A stretch of 64,000 bases of DNA from an uncultured Thermoleophilia bacterium (GTDB lineage Bacteria > Actinomycetota > Thermoleophilia > UBA2241): contig CAVPCT010000005.1 of assembly GCA_963702475.1 (NCBI GenBank), positions 704,001 through 768,000 of the forward strand, in the 5' to 3' direction. The position numbers and the translations under genes are program-made. This document shows, in pieces, positions 21,373 to 29,204 of this stretch (the stretch's first letter is position 1; each line of letters starts with the position of its first letter). The notes below the pieces were generated by a model. That model saw nothing but the letters and a program-made list of their open reading frames with translations. It did no database searches and was not told where the DNA came from.

Positions 21373-23433
21373 TCACGCTCCCTCGTCGTCGATGACCGCG
21401 GGCTGAGCCGCGTGGGTGCGGGGAAGCTCCACGTGGAAGGTGGTGCCGCTCCCCGTCTCGGTGTCGAACCAGATGGTGCCGCTGTGCATCTTCACGATGC
21501 CGTAGCTGATGGGCAGCCCGAGGCCCGTGCCCTTGCCGATGCTCTTGGTGGTGAAGAACGGCTGGAAGACCTTGTCGCGGGCGCTCTGCGGGATGCCGTC
21601 GCCGTCGTCGCTCACGGCGAAGTGGATGCGGTCGCCCTCGGGCACCTCGCAGGCGCTCACGCGCACCGTGCCCTCTTTGCCCTCCATCGCCTCCACGCCG
21701 TTCTTGACGAGGTTCACGAGGACCTGCGTCATCTGGTCCTTGTCGAGGTCCGCCCGCAGGTCCGGAGCGACGTCCACGACGAACCGCACCGGGTGCCGGC
21801 TCGGAGGGGCTGTGGCGGCTGCGGCGTCCACCGCCTGCTGCACGACCTCCCGCACGTCGACGCTGTCGAACTGCACGCGGCTCTGCCGCGCGAAGTCGAG
21901 CAGGTTGCCGACGATCTTCTTGCAGCGATTGCTCTCCTCGGCCACGAGCTTGAGGTCGTGCTCGAGGTCCTCGCGGTCGGAGAGCTTCTTCCCGAGGATG
22001 TGCGTGTACAGGAGGATGGTGCTGAGCGGGTTGTTGAGCTCGTGCGCCACGCCCGCCGCCATCTGGCCCATCGAAGCCAGCTTCTCGGAGTTGATGATGT
22101 GGCGGTGGACCTCGCGCATCTCGCTCCAGGGGACGTTGAGCTCCATGCAGACGCGCTCGGCCTGGTCGATCATGAAGGGAAGGCACATGGCGTCCTCGGC
22201 CATGCCGCCGTGCACCGCGACGGCCTTGGCACGACAGGTCGGGTAGCCGCAGGCCCCGCAGTTGAGCTCGTCCTCAGGGAAGAACTTGTTGGTGCGCGCG
22301 AGGATCTCGCGGATCTCATCCTCGGTGGGCTCGGGCAGCCGCTGGTCGTCGGCGGTGAAGCGGCGGCCGAGGTCGAGGCCGGCGAAGCGGCCCGGCTGCG
22401 CCGGGCCGACCGCGCCGGCCTCCCCGGCGGGCTCAGGGGCGGCCGCGACGCCGGCCACCGTGCGGCACGCCGCCACGTACTCGCTGACCCGGCGCTTGCG
22501 CAGCAGGCCGGGCTCAGGCGAGCTGATGCCGGGCCCGCAGTAGCAGCCGCGACACATGAGCGCCTCGACGAGGAGCGGCCCCTCGCTGTCGACGTCCACG
22601 AGACTGTCCAGGACCTCGACGGTCTCGTCGTGACCGCTCACGACGAGCACCTCCGGGTCCAGCATGCCGCGGTCGAGCCCGGCGCTCTCGAGCAGCCCGC
22701 CGGGCAGCGGGAAGATGCGCGCCCTCCCCGCGGCCGGCGCATCCCAGGCCGCGGGCGCCGCCGATGCCGGGTCGGCGCCGCGCGCCGTGAGCAGCCGGTG
22801 TGCTTCGGGGAGCGTGAGCACCTCGTCGACCACGCCCAGCAGGGCCGGGTCACGCGCCTCCGCCTTCTTCGCCACACACGGCCCGACGAACACGCAGCGC
22901 ACGTCGTCGCCGTACAGGTCCTTGACCGCCAGGGCGGTCGCGACCATCGGCGACACCACGGGCACGAGGCGGTCGACCAGCTCCGGCACGTACTTGCGCA
23001 CGTACTCCGATACGGCCGGGCAGGTGGTCGCGATGTGCACGCCCTCCCCCTGCGCCTCGAGGTGTCGCACGTAGGCGTGACTCACCAGATCGGCGCCCTG
23101 GGCGACCTCGACAACATGGTCGAACCCGGCCGCCTTGAAGGCGCCGACCACCTGGCCGGCGGGCTCCGCGAAGCCCGCCGGAAACGACGGCGCCAGCAGC
23201 GCCGCGACCGGCGCCTGGCCCTCGAGCAGCTTCAGGGCCGTCTCCAGCCCGCTGAGGTAGGTCTTGGCGTTCTGCGAGCAGACGAGCGTGCAATTGCCGC
23301 AGGCGATGCAGCGGGACTCGACCACGAACGCCTGGCCGTCCTCGATACGGATGGCCTGGGCGGGACAGTCGCGCACGCACGTGTAGCAGCGCCGGCAGTT
23401 CTGCTTGATAGTGGTGATGATGGTGCCGCTCAT
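21373..23433 (-). CDS. Group C (putative sensory) [FeFe]-hydrogenase fused to a histidine kinase
   Basis: 2[4Fe-4S] motifs (CRRCYTCVRDCP; CIACGNCTLVC), H-domain motifs ATTCPAV / GPCVAKKAE / EALMCRGCYCGPG, FeS domain NCGACGYPTC...CLP, HisKA HELNNPL, and HATPase FFTTK..GKGTGLGL. Confidence 0.88.
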   Translation of the reverse strand: MSGTIITTIKQNCRRCYTCVRDCPAQAIRIEDGQAFVVESRCIACGNCTLVCSQNAKTYLSGLETALKLLEGQAPVAALLAPSFPAGFAEPAGQVVGAFKAAGFDHVVEVAQGADLVSHAYVRHLEAQGEGVHIATTCPAVSEYVRKYVPELVDRLVPVVSPMVATALAVKDLYGDDVRCVFVGPCVAKKAEARDPALLGVVDEVLTLPEAHRLLTARGADPASAAPAAWDAPAAGRARIFPLPGGLLESAGLDRGMLDPEVLVVSGHDETVEVLDSLVDVDSEGPLLVEALMCRGCYCGPGISSPEPGLLRKRRVSEYVAACRTVAGVAAAPEPAGEAGAVGPAQPGRFAGLDLGRRFTADDQRLPEPTEDEIREILARTNKFFPEDELNCGACGYPTCRAKAVAVHGGMAEDAMCLPFMIDQAERVCMELNVPWSEMREVHRHIINSEKLASMGQMAAGVAHELNNPLSTILLYTHILGKKLSDREDLEHDLKLVAEESNRCKKIVGNLLDFARQSRVQFDSVDVREVVQQAVDAAAATAPPSRHPVRFVVDVAPDLRADLDKDQMTQVLVNLVKNGVEAMEGKEGTVRVSACEVPEGDRIHFAVSDDGDGIPQSARDKVFQPFFTTKSIGKGTGLGLPISYGIVKMHSGTIWFDTETGSGTTFHVELPRTHAAQPAVIDDEGA

Positions 23434-23444
23434 GGGGTCCCCCG

Positions 23445-25163
23445 TCAGACCGGCGCCGCCGTACGGCTGCGATCGGTGTACGCGCGGTGCAGAAGACGGT
23501 GCGAGACCTCGCTCAACGGCCGCCCGAGCAGGCCCTCGTAGAGCGCCTTCACGTCCGCGTTCTCGTGGGAGCGCCGGGACGGGGAGCGCCTGTCCACATC
23601 GTACAGGCGCTCCACCCGCCGGCGCACGTCCGCAGCGTCGGCGCCGTAGGGCTGGCCGCCGCCGCCCACACAGCCGCCGGGACAGCTCATCACCTCGACG
23701 AAGTGAAGGCCGGCGGCAGGGTCGACGAGCCCGTCGAGTGACCTCTTCAGGTTGCCGAGGCCGTCGACGACGGCCAGCTCCAGACGGGCGTCCCCGGCCG
23801 TCACCCTGAAGCGGCGCACGCCCTCACAGCCGCGGGCCTCGGCGACCTTGGGGTCGCCGGCATCGCCGGCCGCCCCGGCCAGCGCCGCCGCGGAGCGCAG
23901 CGCCGCCTCCATCACGCCGCCGCTGGCGGCGAAGAGACGGCCGGCGCCTGTCACCTCCGCGAACGGCGGGTCCAGCGGCGCCCGCTCGGTGCTCTGTGCG
24001 AAGTCCACACCGAAACGCCGCCACAGGTGCGCGAGCTCGCGCGTGGTCAGCACGAGATCGACGTCGCGCAGGTCGTCGGCCTCGGCCTTCTTGGCGGTGC
24101 ACGGCATCAGGGACACGACCACCAGCCGCTTGTCCCCCGTCCCCGCGTACGCCGGGTACATCTCGCGGATGAGCGCCCCGGCCATCTGCTGCGGGCTCTT
24201 GCAGGTGGAGAGATGCGGGATCAGCTCCGGATGCTGCGTCTCCACCCATCGCACCCACGCCGGGGAGCAGCTCGTGAACAGCGGCAGCGGGCCGCCGTTC
24301 TGCAGGCGGTCGAGCAGCTCCGCGGTCTCCTCCATCACCGTGAGGTCGGCGGCGAAGCCGGTGTCGAACACAGCGTCGAAGCCCACACGCTTGAGCGCCG
24401 CCGCGAGCCGCTCGAGCGTGGTCCGCACACCCTGGCTGCGGCTGTGCCCCTCCAGGAGCGTGGCCGGCACGGCCGGCGCCACCTGCGCGACCACCACGGT
24501 GTCGGGATCGGCCAGAGCGGCCACGACCTCGTCGACCTGGTCGCGCTCCACGAGCGCCCCGGTGGGGCACACGCGGGCGCACTGGCCACAGGACACGCAC
24601 ACACTCACGTTCAACCCGAGGCTGAACCCCGGCGCCACGCGCGTGGTGAACCCCCGGCCGCTGAAGTCGATCGCCCCCACGCCTTGCACCTCGTGGCACA
24701 TGGTGACGCAGCGCCCGCACAGCACACACTTGTTCGGGTCGCGCCACAGCGCCGGGGAGCTGACGTCCAAAGCGTGCTCCTTGACGGCGCCCACGAAGCG
24801 CCGGCGGCGCACGCCGAGGTCGCCGGCCAGCGCCGCCAGCTCGCAGGTGCCTTCACGCACGCAGGAGAGGCAGTCCTGCGGGTGCGCCGCCACGAGCAGC
24901 TCCAGGATCGCGCGCCGGGCCCTGAGGACACGCGGCGTGTGCGTGCGCACGACCATGCCCTCCTGCGCCTCGAGCGTGCAGCTCGTCACGAGGCGGGGCG
25001 AACCCTCGACCTCCACGACGCACAGCCGGCAGGACGCCGCCGGGCTGGGCGCCCACTCCAGGGAGCACAGGTGCGGGATCTCGATGCCCGCATGGGCCGC
25101 CGCCTTCAGGATGGTCTCGCCCTCCGCCGCTTCGATCGTCGTACCGTTGACGGTGAGTCTCAT
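23445..25163 (-). CDS. hydA: [FeFe]-hydrogenase catalytic subunit (group A3, M3-type)
   Basis: [2Fe-2S], His-ligated [4Fe-4S] (HPQDCLSC) and 2[4Fe-4S] motifs; H-cluster motifs FTSCSPAW, MPCTAKKAE, EVMSCPGGCVGGGGQP. GAGGAG precedes ATG 25163. Confidence 0.93.
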   Translation of the reverse strand: MRLTVNGTTIEAAEGETILKAAAHAGIEIPHLCSLEWAPSPAASCRLCVVEVEGSPRLVTSCTLEAQEGMVVRTHTPRVLRARRAILELLVAAHPQDCLSCVREGTCELAALAGDLGVRRRRFVGAVKEHALDVSSPALWRDPNKCVLCGRCVTMCHEVQGVGAIDFSGRGFTTRVAPGFSLGLNVSVCVSCGQCARVCPTGALVERDQVDEVVAALADPDTVVVAQVAPAVPATLLEGHSRSQGVRTTLERLAAALKRVGFDAVFDTGFAADLTVMEETAELLDRLQNGGPLPLFTSCSPAWVRWVETQHPELIPHLSTCKSPQQMAGALIREMYPAYAGTGDKRLVVVSLMPCTAKKAEADDLRDVDLVLTTRELAHLWRRFGVDFAQSTERAPLDPPFAEVTGAGRLFAASGGVMEAALRSAAALAGAAGDAGDPKVAEARGCEGVRRFRVTAGDARLELAVVDGLGNLKRSLDGLVDPAAGLHFVEVMSCPGGCVGGGGQPYGADAADVRRRVERLYDVDRRSPSRRSHENADVKALYEGLLGRPLSEVSHRLLHRAYTDRSRTAAPV

Positions 25164-25174
25164 GGTCACTCCTC

Positions 25175-27170
25175 TCAGGCCACGGCCAGCACGGCGCGGC
25201 GGGGGCAGGCGTCGGCGCAGGCGCCGCAGCCGGTGCAGCGGTCGACGATGATGGAGTGGGCGAACTTGCGCTTGCCGATGATCGCCTCGCCCGGGCAGTT
25301 GCGCGCACAGAGCGCGCAGCCGTTGCAGAGCTCGGCGTCGATGTCGAACACGCGCAGACCGGTGCAAGCGCCCGCCGGGCATGAGCTCTCCATGATGTGG
25401 GCTTCGTACTCGTCACGGAAGAAGCGCAGCGTGCTCAGGACCGGGTTCGCGGCGGACTGGCCGAGGCCACACAGCGAGGTCTCCTTGACCGTCTCGGCGA
25501 GCTCCTCGAGGTGCAGGATGCCGCGGAAGCGTTCCAGCCGCCGCTGCTCGTCGCCCACGGGACGCTCGGTGAGCTCGGTGAGGATCTCGAGCATGCGTGT
25601 GGTGCCCTCACGGCAGGGCACGCACTTGCCGCAGCTCTCGTTGCGGATGAACTCCATGAAGAACTTGGCCACGTCGACCATACACGAGCGCTCGTCCATC
25701 ACGACCATGCCGCCGGACCCCATCATCGCGCCGAGCTCCTGCAGCGTGCCGTAGTCGATGGGCACGTCAAGCAGGTCGTCCGGGATGCAGCCGCCGCTGG
25801 GCCCGCCGATCTGCACGGCCTTGATGGCGTGCCCCTCCGGGGCTCCGCCGCCGATGTCGTAGACGACCTCGCTCAGGGGCGTGCCGACGGGCACCTCCAC
25901 GAGGCCCGTGTTCCGCACGCGTCCGGAGAGGGCGAAGACCTTGGTACCGGCGGCCTCGTCCAGACCCAGATCGCGGAACCACGCCGCGCCGCGGCCGATC
26001 ACCGCCGGCACGTTGGCGAGCGTCTCGACGTTGTTCAGCACGGTCGGCCGCCCGTGCAGGCCGGCCACGGCGGGATAGGGCGGGCGAGGACGCGGCATGC
26101 CGCGCCCGCCCTCGATGCTCGCCAGGATGGCCGTCTCCTCGCCGCACACGAAGGCGCCGGCGCCCTTCTTGATGGTGATGTCGAAGTCCACGAGGCTGCC
26201 CAGGATGTCGCGCCCGAGCAGTCCGGCGAGCCGGCACTGGTGGATGGCCTCCGCGAGCCGCTCGATGGCGAGCGGGTACTCGGCGCGGCAGTACACGTAG
26301 CCTCTGGTGGCGCCGATGGCGTAGGCCGCGATGAGCATGCCCTCGATCACGCGAAAGGGGTCGCTCTCGAGGACGGCCCGGTCCATGAACGCGCCCGGGT
26401 CGCCCTCATCGGCGTTGCAGATGAGGTACTTCTGGGCGCGCGGCTGTTCCAGGGCCACCTTCCACTTGCGCCCCGTCGGGAAGCCGGCGCCGCCGCGGCC
26501 GCGCAGACCGGAGTCAATGACCTCGTCGCAGACCTCCTCGGGCGTCATGCCGGTGAGCGCCTCGGCGGCGGCGCGAAAAGCACCGGCCGCCAGAGCCGCG
26601 TCGAGGCTGGCGGGGTCGACGACGCCGCAGCTCTCCAGCACCACCCGGGTCTGGCGCGCAAAGAACGGCGTATCGCGCAGAAGCGGCACGTCAGGGAACA
26701 GGTCCTCGGGATCGTCGTACTTGCCCAGCAGAAAGCGGTTGCGAAGATCGCCGCGCGCGAACACGGCGTCGAGGAGCTCGGTGACGTTGCCCGGTGCCGA
26801 GGTCGCAGTAGCTCAGCCGCACGCCGTCGGCCGTGACCAGGTCCACGAACACCTCGCGCTGACAGAAGCCGACACAACCGGTCTCGAGGATGCGCACCGG
26901 CAGCAGGCGGCTCTCGACGTAGTCGGTGATCTGCGCGATCACGTCGAGGGCGCCGTTGGCGCGCCCGCAGGTCCCGGCGCCCACGTACAACGCGAGTCCG
27001 CCGCCCCCGCGCGCGACGCGCGCGAGCCGGGCGGCGCGCTCCTCCCGGCAGACGTCGTCGTCGTGGCACAGCGGCCCGCGCGTCAGGCAGTCGATCACGT
27101 CAACGCACGGCGACGACGGCGTGTGCCTGCAGCGCGGACAGCACGGCTTCATGAGGAGGTTCTCGTTCAT
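25175..27170 (-). pseudogene. hydB: NuoF-like NADH/FMN subunit of a bifurcating hydrogenase, interrupted by a +1 frameshift near 26790-26799 (sequencing error or true lesion)
   Basis: 5' part (from 27170) is a thioredoxin-like [2Fe-2S] domain (GTCG..GCVGFC). 3' part has GRGGAGFPTG, NADEGDPGAFMDR, GGPSGG, SCGKCVPCREG and C-terminal 2[4Fe-4S]. Removing one base gives a continuous 664-aa ORF (YCDL-APGNVTELLDAVF). Confidence 0.88.
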
Positions 27171-27227
27171 CGACGTCTCGTTTCTCCGTGGTGCGGTGTC
27201 AGGCCCGGGGAGGGCGCCGGATGGCCG

Positions 27228-27761
27228 TCAGGCCGCGGCCGCGGCGCCGGTCTCGATCTCGTCCAGCAGGGCGTCCAGCTTGTCGGTGGTCAGGTGGCCG
27301 TAGAACTCGCCGTCGAGCTTGATCACGGGCGCGATCGAGCAAGCGCCCAGGCAGGCCACGCTGATGACCGTGAAGCGACCGTCGGCCGAGTTGCCGTCGG
27401 GGCGCAGCTTCAGGCGCCGCTGCAGGTGACGTGCGAGCTCGAGGCTCTGCTTCACGTGGCAGGCCGTACCGCGGCACAACTCGACGACGTGTTCGCCCAG
27501 TGGCGCGAAGCGGAACTGGTTGTAGAACGTGGCCACGCCGTACACGCGGCTCACCGGCGTGTCCAGCGCCTCGGCCACCAGCGTCATGGCCTCGGCCGAC
27601 ACGAACCCCTCGGCCTCCTGGATCTCCTGCAGAAGGGGGATCAGGTGGTCGCGGTCCAGGCTGGGCCCGCGCTCCTCGATCACGGCCGCGGCGGGAGTCA
27701 CCCGCGCCGCCTCGGCGCCGGCCTCGGCTGCGGGGCTTGGCGGCGCCTTGACAAGCGCCAC
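27228..27761 (-). CDS. hydC: NuoE-like [2Fe-2S] subunit of bifurcating hydrogenase
   Basis: LIPLLQEIQ, VATFYNQF, CRGTAC and CLGAC motifs. Confidence 0.93.
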   Translation of the reverse strand: MALVKAPPSPAAEAGAEAARVTPAAAVIEERGPSLDRDHLIPLLQEIQEAEGFVSAEAMTLVAEALDTPVSRVYGVATFYNQFRFAPLGEHVVELCRGTACHVKQSLELARHLQRRLKLRPDGNSADGRFTVISVACLGACSIAPVIKLDGEFYGHLTTDKLDALLDEIETGAAAAA

Positions 27762-27762
27762 G

Positions 27763-28182
27763 TCACACCTCCGCGGCCGCCGCGGGCTCCTCCGCGAGCA
27801 GCTCTGCGATGGCGTCGGCCAACACTGCCAGCTTGACCGGCTTCTCGAAGAACTTCGCCGCCGGCCATTCGCGGTACATCATCGGCTCGAAGATGTGCGT
27901 CTTGGTGTCGAGTTCCTTCGTGAACCCGCTCATGATGATGACGGGGATGGCCTTGGTGCGCTCGTCCTCGCGCAGGTTGTGGGCCAGATTGAAGCCCTCT
28001 GTGTCGTAATCCATCATGATGTCGAGCACCGCCAGATCCGGCAGGCGCTCGTCCAGCCGTTCGCGGGCCTCGACGCCACTGTGGGCCGTGTCCACCTCGT
28101 AGCCGCGCGCCTCCAGGTAGGTCCGCACCGACAGCACCAGGTCACGGTCGTCGTCGACCAGCAGGATCCTCTTCGCCTTCAT
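27763..28182 (-). CDS. Single-domain response regulator (receiver only), first gene of the hyd operon
   Basis: VDDD, VLDIMM, IMSG and EKPV motifs. AAGGAGG precedes ATG 28182; its stop is 1 nt from the hydC start. Confidence 0.9.
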   Translation of the reverse strand: MKAKRILLVDDDRDLVLSVRTYLEARGYEVDTAHSGVEARERLDERLPDLAVLDIMMDYDTEGFNLAHNLREDERTKAIPVIIMSGFTKELDTKTHIFEPMMYREWPAAKFFEKPVKLAVLADAIAELLAEEPAAAAEV

Positions 28183-28234
28183 CTCGCTCCTCCTTCGGGA
28201 GAGGGACCGCCGGCTACGTCCGGCACAGGTCCCA

Positions 28235-28267
28235 TAGTTACCGCGTTCACAGTGAATGAGTTCACAG
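28235..28267. promoter_or_regulatory. Rex operator(s) upstream of the REC-hydCBA operon
   Basis: caGTGAAtgagTTCACag (28250-28267) matches Rex consensus TTGTGAA-N4-TTCACAA, with an overlapping degenerate site taGTTACcgcgTTCACag (28235-28252). Confidence 0.7.
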
Positions 28268-28312
28268 TAGACTCGAAAAAAACGCCCTCCTTTCTCCTCC
28301 AGATGCCAGCGC

Positions 28313-29041
28313 TCACCCCGCGCCTCCGTCCGCCGGCGCCCGGTTCGGCGCCCCCGACGACCGCACCAGGAATGACAGCAGCTCGAGCCTGGCCGTGATG
28401 TCGGTATGCTCGACAAAACAGCCGGCGGGCGCCTTGACGAACTTGGGCACGAAGTTCAGGAGCGCCCGCACTCCGCTGCCGGAGATGCGATCGACCAGCG
28501 CCTGCAGGCCCTCAGTCCGCGTGGCGAGCACGGCCATGCGCACCTCGAACTCCCGCAGCACGGTCTCAAGCTCGTTGACGTGGTAGCACCGCCGGCCGGC
28601 GAACACCCGGCCGACCTTGGCGGGATCGACGTCGAAGGCCACGGCGATGTGGAATCCGCGCTCCTCGAAGCCCCGGTACGAGAGCAGGGCGCGCCCTAGA
28701 TCCCCGACCCCGAACAGCGCCACGGGCTGTGTCTCGTTGGTGCCGAGGATCCGCCCTATCGTGCGGCTCATCTCATAGACGTTGTAGCCGCGGGCGATGT
28801 TGCCGAAGGTGCCGAAACTGGAGAGGTCGCGGCGAAGCTGTGCGGGCGTCACACTGACAAGGTCGGCGAGCTGCTGTGAGTGGACGTACTCGACCCCGTC
28901 GCGATCCAGTTCCTCGAGCGCCTTGCGGTACACGCTGAGGCGCTCGACGGTCTGCAGGGAGACATGCTTCTCGGGCCGGGGGCGTACCACACCGGCCACG
29001 GGATCAACCGCGCCAATCTGTGCTTCATCGTGCTCGTCCAC
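28313..29041 (-). CDS. rex: Redox-sensing transcriptional repressor Rex
   Basis: Winged helix TVERLSVY...SQQLA...QLRRDLSSFG...GYNV; Rossmann fold GVGDLGRAL..Y; FDVDP; LNFVP. Confidence 0.92.
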   Translation of the reverse strand: MDEHDEAQIGAVDPVAGVVRPRPEKHVSLQTVERLSVYRKALEELDRDGVEYVHSQQLADLVSVTPAQLRRDLSSFGTFGNIARGYNVYEMSRTIGRILGTNETQPVALFGVGDLGRALLSYRGFEERGFHIAVAFDVDPAKVGRVFAGRRCYHVNELETVLREFEVRMAVLATRTEGLQALVDRISGSGVRALLNFVPKFVKAPAGCFVEHTDITARLELLSFLVRSSGAPNRAPADGGAG

Positions 29042-29063
29042 CGTTCCCTCCGGCTCCAGTCAG

Positions 29064-29098
29064 CTGTGATTCTATTCACAGAAGGGCGCGCCAGTCAA
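29064..29098 (-). promoter_or_regulatory. rex promoter (TTGACT-18-TAGAAT) overlapped by Rex box cTGTGAttctaTTCACAg (29064-29081)
   Basis: Palindrome matching the Rex consensus lies over the -10 hexamer, 23 nt upstream of the rex start. Confidence 0.75.
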
Positions 29099-29204
29099 GT
29101 GACGGGTGTCGCGGCAACGCCGGGGAACTCATGTGCGGAGGAGCGTGGGGCCGTCACGCATGCCTCGCAGGCGGGCAGCGACGGACGGCGGCCGTTGCTG
29201 CGGA

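Noticed and set aside
26691-27170. Separate HndB/HydD-like fourth hydrogenase subunit
   Set aside because: Its C-terminus after YCDL is out-of-frame sequence overlapping the next ORF by 74 nt, and the next ORF lacks an RBS. A single frameshifted hydB explains both.
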